A stretch of 64,000 nt of DNA, taken from positions 14,335 to 78,334 of the forward strand of contig JBHLLP010000005.1 in assembly GCA_048885525.1 (NCBI GenBank). The letters are read 5' to 3'. The stretch's first letter is position 1; every line of letters begins with the position of its first letter. Under the pieces are notes generated by a model. It was not told where the DNA came from. It worked only from the letters and a program-made list of their open reading frames with translations, and did no database searches. Shown piece by piece: positions 27,821 through 37,182 of this stretch. This DNA is from Candidatus Hermodarchaeota archaeon. GTDB lineage: Archaea > Asgardarchaeota > Lokiarchaeia > Sigyniarchaeales > SOKP01. Both the position numbers and the translations under genes were made by a program.

Positions 27821-28330
27821 TTGAGCAAAATTAATAGATCTAAATTAATACCGAAAGTATTAGTAGGTTTAGTTGTTTTAGCAACAATCTTGGGCTTAAC
27901 AACAGCAGCTAGAGCAGGTGTCCCTCCATTCATATGGGTTTACATGTCAGAATACAATCAGATTAGCAGTTTAGAAGGCGATGTAGAAGCTCCTCATGAT
28001 GAGCCATGTTTATGGGGAGTTATGTCTGCTTGTAGTGAAGATGAAATAGGATACTTTCCTCAACATCCCTATGATCATAAATTGTTTATTGATGGAGAAA
28101 AAATAGCTTTACTCAGGTTTGTGTGGATTGATAGGGATGGGTTGTTTGGATATCCAGACCTTAAATGGTGGGTTTATTATCAAGTTTTTGAAGCAGGTTA
28201 TTTTGATGTAGGTTTGCATGAAATTAAGCATGAAATGTGGGTTCAAAAACCTTATTTTGGAAGCGAAATGTATGGATGGAGAATCTTTATAACTCTGACT
28301 TACACTTTAAATATTACTGAAAACGTATAA
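27821..28330 (+). CDS. Secreted protein of unknown function (module 2)
   Basis: Signal peptide MSKINRSKLIPKVLVGLVVLATILGLTTAARA; aromatic-rich, beta-type mature domain. Confidence 0.75.
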   Translation: MSKINRSKLIPKVLVGLVVLATILGLTTAARAGVPPFIWVYMSEYNQISSLEGDVEAPHDEPCLWGVMSACSEDEIGYFPQHPYDHKLFIDGEKIALLRFVWIDRDGLFGYPDLKWWVYYQVFEAGYFDVGLHEIKHEMWVQKPYFGSEMYGWRIFITLTYTLNITENV

Positions 28331-28377
28331 GAAATAATAATGAGGGTGAAGAAGGGCAATTTTAATTTTAAATCAGG

Positions 28378-28470
28378 ATATAGAAAATGGAGGAGTTGGG
28401 TTAGATAAAATACTTCCTAATAAAGCTACTACTAAACCAACAATCCTCCATTCTATATTTCTTTTTTTTA
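28378..28470 (+). terminator. Long imperfect hairpin followed by a T-tract after module 2
   Basis: ATATAGA/TCTATAT, ATGGAGGA/TCCTCCAT and GTTGGGTTAG/CTAAACCAAC pairings, followed by a T run. Confidence 0.5.
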
Positions 28471-28566
28471 TATTTAAAGTTTGATATGTAATCCGAGAAA
28501 AAAATACATAAAAAAATTAATTTTCTAAAATTAAAAAAAGGGAAAAAATTTATGGAATAAAAAGTA

Positions 28567-29085
28567 ATGAAGGGAGAAATTGATAAAAAGTTTGATGAAG
28601 CACTTAAACAATTTGAAGAGATATTTCCTAAACTAGATCCTACTGAAGGTGGCTGTGCGGAAGGCACAATGACAGGTATTTTAAATATACTAGGAATCCA
28701 AGATGGATTAATCAATAACATAATGATTCCTTTATCTGGTGGACTAGGTGGTTATAAGTCTGAAAAAGACTGGTATGGCCCATGTGGGGCGGTAGTTGGA
28801 GGGTGTGCTGCAATAGGAGCAATTTTAGGAGGAAAAGGAAGAGAAAAGATGTCTAATGATTTAATTCCTGTTGCTTATATGAAATCGGCACAATTTGCGA
28901 AAGAATTTGAGAAGGAATTTGGTTCAGTAATTTGCCCAAATTTATCTGGATATGATTTCAGTGAGCCAAATGCATTGACGAAATACATCGAAGATGGTAC
29001 ATGGGGAAAAAAGTGTTATAAGTACGTTCTATGGGCGATCGACAACATAAGAAAATTAATGCAGGAAGAATTAGTAAAATTTTAA
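28567..29085 (+). CDS. C-GCAxxG-C-C family putative redox protein
   Basis: GGCAEG, GPCGAVVGG, FGSVICPNL, KKC. Confidence 0.85.
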   Translation: MKGEIDKKFDEALKQFEEIFPKLDPTEGGCAEGTMTGILNILGIQDGLINNIMIPLSGGLGGYKSEKDWYGPCGAVVGGCAAIGAILGGKGREKMSNDLIPVAYMKSAQFAKEFEKEFGSVICPNLSGYDFSEPNALTKYIEDGTWGKKCYKYVLWAIDNIRKLMQEELVKF

Positions 29086-29271
29086 TAATAAATACTAATT
29101 TTTTTTTTTAATTTCTTGAATATTTTTAGTAATTTGGTAAATCTACTTAAGATATTTAATTATCAAGGAATTAAGAATTAGAAATCAAATTTTAATAAGA
29201 ATTAAAAATTGAAATCGCTTAGATTTATATTTTTAAAATTTCTAAGATCATTATAACTTATATTAATTTAT

Positions 29272-30939
29272 GTGGTATTAATGACAGAAGAAGGTTCACT
29301 AGAAGAAAAACCAGTAGGTAGATTAACTGGAAAAACGACAACACATACAGTAACAGCGGTGTTTGAGGTTCCTTCAGTTGAAAGAAATAATTATTTAGTG
29401 GTTTATGGGGAAAAAGATAAAGAAGGAAGAAGATTATATTATGTGCTCTACATTATTGAAATGTGGACCGATGAGAAGGGGCGTCAAGCAAAATTAGGAG
29501 TCCTGGGAGAAAGACCGACAAAACCTTTTGAAATTGGAGCAGATATCTTCATGGCAAAACAAGAACAAATTTCAAAAATTTTAGGAATCTTCAACCCACC
29601 AGGCGAATCCCTCTCATTAGGAAAACTTATAGGTTATCCATATGAAGTGTATCTATTAATTAAAAATTTTGGCAGAATTTTCATTACTGGAAAATCTGGT
29701 TCCGGTAAATCTTATACTATGGGAGTTTTATGCGAGGAATTTCTTAAAAAGGGTATTCCTGTTGTCATTTTAGACAGACATGGGGAATATGGAAGTCTTA
29801 AGGTAGCTGGTGAGGATTTACCGGAAGGAGAGAGTGAATTTGTCGATAAGATAGTAGAATTTTCTGATTTGAAGAAGAATAAGGGTGGTGATGTCGATAT
29901 TGAATATTTATTTTCATTAAAACCCTTGGATATTGTTGCTCCAAATTTATGTACTGTTGTAAATCTAAATGGTCTGGCTTTAGAAGTTCAGGAAGCTATA
30001 GCAGGTAAATTACTAAAAAAATTATATGATGCAAGTACAACAAGAAGTATACCTCCTTTCTACTTGTTTTTAGATGAGGCTCATTTATTTGCTGGAAAGA
30101 AACAAACAGAAACATGTGAAGTAGTTAAATTATTTGCACAGGAAGGTAGAAAATTTGGTGCTAATATTGTTATAGGCACACAACGTCCTCAATTATTAGA
30201 TACTACCATCAGAGCTCAAGCTGGTACTTGGGTAGTTCATAATTTATCAGATATAAGAGATATCGGAATTACAATTTCAAGTGCGGAAGATTTAAGTAAT
30301 GAAAATAAATCAGATATTTCAGGGTTAGATAAAGGACAGGCAATAGTCTGTGGAGAAGCTGTTAAAGGGATTCCTTTATTTGTTAAAATAAGATCACGAC
30401 GAACCAAGCATGGTGGAGTTAGTTTTAATCCTTTAGATTTTCTTTCAGAAAGCACTGTAGAAGAGTTACAAAAAAGAAAGGAGAGACTTTTAGGAGGGAA
30501 ATCCGCTGATGAATTAGAAACTGGAAAGTCAATGTTTGAAGAAATGTTGGAACCAAAAAAAGCAGCCGATTATTTGGATGAAATTGCTGCGTTAAAAGTC
30601 AGAATTCAGGAATTGGAAGATGAAGTTAATCGATTAAAACAAAAAGTAGCTGATGTGAAAGAAGGAAAAGAAATTCCGCTTATTGCTACTGATGAAACTA
30701 TAGAAGAATTACAAACCGAAATAAATGTATGGAAGGAGAAATATAACTTTTTAAAAGAAATGGCAGAAAAAGGTGGAGAAGATATGGTCCCCTTAGATGA
30801 AGGCAGCGAAATGGTATTAGATTTGAATAATAGAATAATAGAATTAGATGCTCAAGTTAAAAAATATAAATCAAAGTATGATGATGCAATAATTTTAGCT
30901 GAAAAATCAATAGCTGAACTGAAAAAGCGAAAAAAGTAA
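29272..30939 (+). CDS. HerA/FtsK-superfamily ATPase (DUF87) with N-terminal barrel and C-terminal coiled coil
   Basis: Walker A GKSGSGKS, LDRHGEY, Walker B LFLDEAH, EGRKFG, TQRP; heptad-rich last ~130 aa. Confidence 0.88.
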   Translation: MVLMTEEGSLEEKPVGRLTGKTTTHTVTAVFEVPSVERNNYLVVYGEKDKEGRRLYYVLYIIEMWTDEKGRQAKLGVLGERPTKPFEIGADIFMAKQEQISKILGIFNPPGESLSLGKLIGYPYEVYLLIKNFGRIFITGKSGSGKSYTMGVLCEEFLKKGIPVVILDRHGEYGSLKVAGEDLPEGESEFVDKIVEFSDLKKNKGGDVDIEYLFSLKPLDIVAPNLCTVVNLNGLALEVQEAIAGKLLKKLYDASTTRSIPPFYLFLDEAHLFAGKKQTETCEVVKLFAQEGRKFGANIVIGTQRPQLLDTTIRAQAGTWVVHNLSDIRDIGITISSAEDLSNENKSDISGLDKGQAIVCGEAVKGIPLFVKIRSRRTKHGGVSFNPLDFLSESTVEELQKRKERLLGGKSADELETGKSMFEEMLEPKKAADYLDEIAALKVRIQELEDEVNRLKQKVADVKEGKEIPLIATDETIEELQTEINVWKEKYNFLKEMAEKGGEDMVPLDEGSEMVLDLNNRIIELDAQVKKYKSKYDDAIILAEKSIAELKKRKK

Positions 30940-31096
30940 TTTATTTTATAATCTTTTTTGTTAATTCTCGTAGATCATTTTCTCTAAGGAAATTGGTTAT
31001 TTTAGTTAATTTTTTTTAATTTTCTTAAACTATTTATGTGAATTATTAATTGCATAATTATTATTATAGTAGAATTTTACCAGGAGTAGTATTATA

Positions 31097-31264
31097 GTGA
31101 ATATTGAAAGTATTAAAGAGTTACAACAAAAATTATCATCTTTACTTGGTGTATCTGTTCCATGTAGATATATCCACTCACCAAATTCCTTATTAAAACT
31201 TGAGGATATTTATAAGACTATTCAGCTGATTGAAGCTTTTATACGAAATCCTGCTAATGTATAA
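31097..31264 (+). pseudogene. Internally deleted M42 (TET) aminopeptidase remnant, 55 aa in frame
   Basis: GTG after AGGAG: MNIESIKELQQKLSSLLGVS|VPCRYIHSPNSLLKLEDIYKTIQLIEAFIRNPANV*, i.e. an M42 N-terminal helix joined to the M42 C-terminal RYIHSP motif. Confidence 0.75.
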
Positions 31265-32722
31265 TTATTCCTCAAAGAATAATTCTTCTTCTGAAATTTC
31301 AGGGCTTATAACTGGTTTATGGATAAATTTTTCATTCAGCTTAATTCTTTTGAGAAAAAATAAACTAAATAAGTAAAAAATTCCCATTGAAGCTAATGTA
31401 AGTGTAATAATTGTAGAATTTTCTGCATTATGCCCAGTAAGAATTAATCCTATTACGAAAGAAGCCAGCGATTGGCCCGCTGCCATAATGAAAGAGCTTA
31501 AACCGAAATAAGCTCCAGATATGTTTGACACAGCTTCATGAAAATCAGGTTTTTTAGCCCTATCAGCTGCTTCATAAACTAAAACGCTCGCTAAAGGAGG
31601 ATTAAATAATCCTAATCCATACATAGAACCTAATATAGTACCCATAGTTAATATAAATAAAATAATTTCAAATCCAGTAGATAACACTTTAATCAAGAAA
31701 AACAATTCTAAAAAACACGCAATAATCGAAGATAATATACAAACCATATATGTTTTAAGTATTGAATTCTTTTTAAGCAGTCTTCGCCAGATATAGAAAC
31801 CAATCATCTTACTTATTACCGAGACTACAACATAAATATAAAATTTACTTGCGGTAAACAGGAGTGTATAAGTGAGAAAAGGAATTACTATAATTCCTAA
31901 TATTTTCCCGGATATACTGTTAAAAAGTATTACACTTAGATACTTTCTGTATTTTTTATCCCATAATGGAGCTCGCATTTGGCTGACAAAAGACTTTAAG
32001 CTGGTTTTACTTCTACTTTTTTCTACTTTGGTAGTTTTATGAAAGCTTTCATCAACAGAAAAAAAGGTTATTATAATAGTGATTAAACCAAAAATTGTGA
32101 ATGCAATTCCAATCCATGGCATAAATGTAAGAATTATTGTTCCAGAATATTCCCACCATTTTACATTTTCTGGTTCTGGTAATAAGCTCTCTACCATTAA
32201 AGGAAGCATTAGTGCTAAAACTGATGCAATTATGTGAAAAAATGTAGTAACTGCCGCGATTTTTTCTCTATTTTTATGAGTTTGTGATTGTTCTGTCAAC
32301 ATGGAAAGATGGACAGTCATAATCGATGAACTACTGATAGATTTAATAATTAACGTACTCCACAGAAATATTGCTGTAGGCATAAATAAGGCATTATTTT
32401 GAGGGCATCTCGGAGGTAACCAAACGATAATACTAGTTAAAATCCATATTGGTAACCCATATAAAAGAAAAGGTTTACGTTTTCCAAGTTTAGTCGGTTT
32501 TTTATTGTCAGCGACTATTCCAAAAATGATAGAAGAAATTGCGGAGACTATGAGTTGTATGGAAATCCCAACAGATGTCAGAATTGAATCCAGATTAATC
32601 GTATAAACATAAAATTGAAAGATAAATGTGCCTACAAACATATTGGACATAATCATGCCGAAGTTGCCTATGGCATATCCAATAAGTCGCTTTCCATGTA
32701 ACTCACGTTGAACCTCAACCAT
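31265..32722 (-). CDS. MFS transporter, GPH/MelB-like sugar:cation symporter
   Basis: IGYAIGNFG, FGIVADNKKPTKLGKRKPFLL, SGAYFG; about 12 TM. Confidence 0.85.
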   Translation of the reverse strand: MVEVQRELHGKRLIGYAIGNFGMIMSNMFVGTFIFQFYVYTINLDSILTSVGISIQLIVSAISSIIFGIVADNKKPTKLGKRKPFLLYGLPIWILTSIIVWLPPRCPQNNALFMPTAIFLWSTLIIKSISSSSIMTVHLSMLTEQSQTHKNREKIAAVTTFFHIIASVLALMLPLMVESLLPEPENVKWWEYSGTIILTFMPWIGIAFTIFGLITIIITFFSVDESFHKTTKVEKSRSKTSLKSFVSQMRAPLWDKKYRKYLSVILFNSISGKILGIIVIPFLTYTLLFTASKFYIYVVVSVISKMIGFYIWRRLLKKNSILKTYMVCILSSIIACFLELFFLIKVLSTGFEIILFILTMGTILGSMYGLGLFNPPLASVLVYEAADRAKKPDFHEAVSNISGAYFGLSSFIMAAGQSLASFVIGLILTGHNAENSTIITLTLASMGIFYLFSLFFLKRIKLNEKFIHKPVISPEISEEELFFEE

Positions 32723-32811
32723 GATATTATAATTAATATATAAAAGATTAAGTTTTCGATTTTAAAAGGAGAAGAGTCATATTTGTCAAGAAATAAGTTT
32801 AAAAAAATATT

Positions 32812-33693
32812 TTATTTATCTGTTTTTTCCTTTTTCCTCTTTTCAACTTTCTTTTGTTGTTCTACAATTACATTACTAATAAATTGGGTAGTAGAATATG
32901 CCGATTCCGCTTCGCCGAGACTTAACCCTTCTAATTCTTCCATTTCAGCTTCATCCTCACTGAATCCCATTTCTTTCATGGCATATTCCTTAGCACTCAT
33001 TTTATGTCTTTTAGTTCTTAATTCAGCTCTCTGTAAATAATAATGGCTGGTCATATGAAGAACAGTTCCATCACCATGATCAAATGTAATAACTATTGGA
33101 GGTTCACCATATTTTTCTTGCATTTCTTTACTTACGATTAAAAGTTTAACTCGAGTTTTATCTAATATTTGAATTGGATACGAAGAACTCTCTAACCACC
33201 AAATTGGATCAGCTTTTTCATCAAATAATCCTTCTAAAAACTTGTTGCTTTTGTCTAATACTTCTACTTTAACACAATCATCTGCGGTTGGTCTCTGATT
33301 GTATTTTAAATAAAGGGGAAATATTTTTTCAAGAATATTTAGCAGAACCCAATCAGTAGTAAAGAGAAATCCTCCTTTCTTGACAAATTCTTTTATTTTT
33401 GTTAAAGCATCATCGTTTACATTTCCAGGACAATTAATAATTAAGATTTGATCTGATCTTAATTCAATTTGACTCACTTCATGAGGTTGAATTAAAATAT
33501 ATGGAACTTTTATCAGATCTAATACCAACTCAATTTTATCATAAGACCCAGCAACTATTATTATTGATGATTCTTTCACTTTTCTCAATATATCGAGATC
33601 CATTGGTCGTTCTTTTGCCATTCTTCTTTCTAATATCTTGGAGGAAGCTTTATAAGCTTGTTCCATCTTTTTAAAATCTCCCATTTGAATCAC
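32812..33693 (-). CDS. Hypothetical protein with class I glutamine amidotransferase-like fold
   Basis: ILIINCPG...IKEFVKKGGFLFTTDW and GDGTVLHMTSH resemble a GATase1-like domain; charged helical termini. Confidence 0.6.
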   Translation of the reverse strand: MIQMGDFKKMEQAYKASSKILERRMAKERPMDLDILRKVKESSIIIVAGSYDKIELVLDLIKVPYILIQPHEVSQIELRSDQILIINCPGNVNDDALTKIKEFVKKGGFLFTTDWVLLNILEKIFPLYLKYNQRPTADDCVKVEVLDKSNKFLEGLFDEKADPIWWLESSSYPIQILDKTRVKLLIVSKEMQEKYGEPPIVITFDHGDGTVLHMTSHYYLQRAELRTKRHKMSAKEYAMKEMGFSEDEAEMEELEGLSLGEAESAYSTTQFISNVIVEQQKKVEKRKKEKTDK

Positions 33694-33845
33694 ATTTTAA
33701 TATTTCTTTTAAAAAATTATGACAATTGATATCTTTAAACTTTTTCTAGATTTTATCTATACCAAAAAAATTAATAATTAATAAATTATAAAATCAAATA
33801 ATTTAACCATTAAAATTTGGTACAAACAATTAGGATTTAACAAAA

Positions 33846-35543
33846 ATGAGCAAAATTGAAATATCTAAAAAGAGAATAATTCTACTGAGTCTTTTTTTAA
33901 CTATTTTCGTGATAGGGACAGTTTTAATATTCGTAATACCCATAAGTGTCAAAGCAACTTATAATCAAACAGCTCAAACTACAGATGGAGTAACAATTTC
34001 ATTCAATGTCTTTGAGCCTTCAACTAGCGGAATGAATAAACCAGCATTCATACTCGGGCATGGCTCTATGGCAAATAAAGAAATGATGAAGGGGTATGCT
34101 ATAGAGCTGGCAGCAGCAGGTTTTGTAGCAATTCCATTTGATTTTAGAGGACATGGGCAAAGTACATCAGGAAATACTAGTGCCATGTTTAATGATGTTA
34201 TAGCAATCAAAGAATACCTTAATACTAGAGCTGATATTGATATGAATTCATTAGGATATATTGGATATAGTATGGGAGGATTAGGTCAAAGTGTAGTTCA
34301 TGTTGACCCTTCATTCAAATGTTTTATTGGTGTAGGTACATGGTTATATCCCACCCTCCGAACAGGTAATTTAACTAACCCTTTAAATGTCCTTATGATC
34401 CAAGCGTTATTTGATGAGGCAATAGAGCTTGGTGAATTAAAAGAGAGCTTGGCAACTCGCGTTGGTATTTCTGTTTCTGCTGTTGATGCAAATAAAATGT
34501 ATGGATCTTTTGAACAAGAAAATGCATCGATGATTTATTTAGATGATGATAGTAATCATTTGAAAGTAGCTTGGGACCAAGATTTCATAAGAGAAGCAAG
34601 AAATTGGGCAATAAATGCATTTGATATTGATGTGTTAGATGAAAATTTTTATGTCAATATAAGAGCAATCATTTTGTTGATACAAGTAATTGGTGGCATA
34701 GGATTTTTCTTTTTAGTTGTTGAACCTTTTTCTAAATTGATACTTCTATCAAAAGAAGAGAGGGAAAGAGACGCAGAATTAGAAATTTATAAAATTGATA
34801 TACCAGAAATTTCAATTAAAAAATTATCAATTAAAGTACTAATCTATTCATTATTACTTGGTATTCCCGGGATTATTATTTTTATCCCAATTTTATTAAT
34901 CCTGCCGTTTGCTATTGCCGGATTTGTTGTTACTATCTTATTTGGTCAAACCTTCGGATTAATAATTTTATTATGGAGGATTAGTAAACGTTTAGAATTA
35001 TCATTTAAAGAAATATTAAAGAAACCATTTCAAGGAAGAACTAAATTTTTAAGACAATTAGCACTAGGAACGATCTTATCAATAATATTATTTTTAATTT
35101 CATATTCTTCAGTAGGTTTAAACTATTTTGGATTAGTTCCTGCAGTAATTAAAATTTGGGGATTAGCTATCTTTCTAGTTATTTGTTTTTTTATTAATGT
35201 CATCTATTCTCTCCTAATGCAAGTGATCATACAAAACAAATTTACTGATACACTTAAGGATACTTTGAAAATGGTATTTTTAGGTTTTATTTTCCCATTC
35301 TTATATTATTCTATATATCTGTTAATACTCAGTGGACTTACAAGAAGTCTTTTTTACTTTGGGAATTTTATTCCTCTTTCTTTAATAATGTTTACATTAA
35401 ATTCTTCTGTTTCAATAATAGCATATAAGAAAACAGGAAATATAGCAACAGGCGCTATAATATATGCTGTATTACTAACATTTCTAATTGTTACAGCATC
35501 TACTCCATCAACTGGTTTATCTTTTATATCAAGATTTTTCTAA
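33846..35543 (+). CDS. Membrane-bound alpha/beta hydrolase
   Basis: GHGS, FDFRGHGQS, nucleophile elbow GYSMG; N-terminal TM and about 8 C-terminal TMs. Confidence 0.85.
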   Translation: MSKIEISKKRIILLSLFLTIFVIGTVLIFVIPISVKATYNQTAQTTDGVTISFNVFEPSTSGMNKPAFILGHGSMANKEMMKGYAIELAAAGFVAIPFDFRGHGQSTSGNTSAMFNDVIAIKEYLNTRADIDMNSLGYIGYSMGGLGQSVVHVDPSFKCFIGVGTWLYPTLRTGNLTNPLNVLMIQALFDEAIELGELKESLATRVGISVSAVDANKMYGSFEQENASMIYLDDDSNHLKVAWDQDFIREARNWAINAFDIDVLDENFYVNIRAIILLIQVIGGIGFFFLVVEPFSKLILLSKEERERDAELEIYKIDIPEISIKKLSIKVLIYSLLLGIPGIIIFIPILLILPFAIAGFVVTILFGQTFGLIILLWRISKRLELSFKEILKKPFQGRTKFLRQLALGTILSIILFLISYSSVGLNYFGLVPAVIKIWGLAIFLVICFFINVIYSLLMQVIIQNKFTDTLKDTLKMVFLGFIFPFLYYSIYLLILSGLTRSLFYFGNFIPLSLIMFTLNSSVSIIAYKKTGNIATGAIIYAVLLTFLIVTASTPSTGLSFISRFF

Positions 35544-35649
35544 AACTCTAAATATTCTTTTTTTTTTTAATTTTATAGAGTACAAAAACATTATTCAACC
35601 ATATTATAATTAAAAATTTTAAATTGGAAATAATCTTATTTCTTCAATA

Positions 35650-36687
35650 ATGACGCAAAACCAGATTTTATGTATTACTTATTTTGACCAAGTAATCGGT
35701 CCTAGCACTTTATATTCAAGTGAACCATTAGTTAAAAGCATAGATACACCTGATATAAATCGAATTCTTGAATTCAACGATGAGGAAGGCACTTTCATTT
35801 TTGCTTATAGAAAGTTTCAAACAGTTAATCATATCTTTCACATTGAATCAGAATTAGCTCGGGGGGGCAAAGATTTAATGATGATTACTTATATGATCAA
35901 AACAGCGATTTTCAAGGATGAAATCGTAGATGTGTTCAAATATTTAGATTCTAAAGCACCAGTTTTAGAAGAATTTGCTTCTGAGATTAGTAAATTAAAT
36001 GAATTAACAACAATTCTACACACAAAGAAGAGTGCTATTACTGGTGAATACACTTTAGAATTAGCTAATGAGGAACTAAAACGTAATTTTTTGGACATAT
36101 TCAATAAGTATTTTGAAAAATTAGCCCCTAAATACCGATTAGAAACCCCTATAAGGGATAAACGTCTTATAAAGAAAATTTTTATAATTGGGGCTCCTAG
36201 AGCTGGTAAAACAACATTTTTAAAGAATATTGAATTAATACAATTTTTAAATATTAAAAGAAATGATTTACCAAGTAGGATTTATGAAGTTGTTATTGAA
36301 AATCTCGAAATTTTACAATATGACGATGAGATGAGAGAATTCGAATGTAAAGATTTTGAGAATTTAGAGAATTGTGTTAACTTCGCGCAGGGATTTATCA
36401 TACTTTTTAATTTATCAGATAAAAATTCAATTATTCTCACAAAGGAAATTTTCAAAATAGTTGATAATACACGATTAAAAATTGAGACTGAATTGGCACC
36501 AATTTTAATTATAGGAAACAAGTTTCATGATAAGGAGGATTTTGACCAAGAATTTATTAATGAAACATTTGAAATTAATGAATTAAGGGAACTTGGTATC
36601 AAGATAAAATATTTTCCTATAAACATTTTAAAGGAAGACGAAAAAGTTATGAAAGCTATACGCTGGTTAATACGAAAAATTGTGTAA
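35650..36687 (+). CDS. Longin/uDENN-like domain fused to a small GTPase-like domain
   Basis: N-terminal ITYFDQVIGP...ARGG longin/uDENN-type motif; P-loop GAPRAGKT, GFIILFNL, ILIIGNK. Confidence 0.75.
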   Translation: MTQNQILCITYFDQVIGPSTLYSSEPLVKSIDTPDINRILEFNDEEGTFIFAYRKFQTVNHIFHIESELARGGKDLMMITYMIKTAIFKDEIVDVFKYLDSKAPVLEEFASEISKLNELTTILHTKKSAITGEYTLELANEELKRNFLDIFNKYFEKLAPKYRLETPIRDKRLIKKIFIIGAPRAGKTTFLKNIELIQFLNIKRNDLPSRIYEVVIENLEILQYDDEMREFECKDFENLENCVNFAQGFIILFNLSDKNSIILTKEIFKIVDNTRLKIETELAPILIIGNKFHDKEDFDQEFINETFEINELRELGIKIKYFPINILKEDEKVMKAIRWLIRKIV

Positions 36688-36828
36688 TATTAGACTAAAG
36701 AAAAATAGTAATAGTTAAGATTTCTTTTCATTAAATTAAACCTCCAGCAAATCTTTTAAATTATCATAAATATAATAAATAAAAATAGAATCATATTCAA
36801 TCTTAAATAACAATTTGAATTCTTAAAA

Positions 36829-37182
36829 ATGGCATTTAAAGGCATAGCATGGGGAATTGTTTTCTTTTTAACAGCAGTTATATATTCTACAATTCCCACT
36901 TATTTAATTATTAGGTTTTGGGTGTGGTTAAACAGTTTTCCCGTTTATACTTTATCATTATTTATGCTATTTTTATGGATTGTTGCTATAATTGTAGTAC
37001 TAATCTATATTGTAGCAATGATAAGAGCTTTTATTCAAAGAAAAAATGAAGAAGGTCTTGGTATTCCAAAAGGTGTGAAAGGTTTTGGATTAGTGTCAAC
37101 AATCATAGTAATTGTATTCATGGTGATCTGGTATATTCTGTTTGGTAAAATTGCTTTTTTTACTATGATTCCTCCAATTTAA
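36829..37182 (+). CDS. Small membrane protein (about 3 TM)
   Basis: 117 aa hydrophobic ORF. Confidence 0.7.
   Translation: MAFKGIAWGIVFFLTAVIYSTIPTYLIIRFWVWLNSFPVYTLSLFMLFLWIVAIIVVLIYIVAMIRAFIQRKNEEGLGIPKGVKGFGLVSTIIVIVFMVIWYILFGKIAFFTMIPPI

Noticed and set aside
28401-28721. 106-aa minus-strand ORF
   Set aside because: Overlaps the C-GCAxxG-C-C gene on the opposite strand and runs through low-complexity intergenic DNA.
29272-30939. HerA as part of an anti-phage system (e.g. Sir2-HerA)
   Set aside because: No effector or nuclease gene is adjacent.
32783-33040. 85-aa plus-strand ORF
   Set aside because: Antisense to 32812-33693; its apparent hydrophobicity mirrors the Lys/Glu codons of the real gene.
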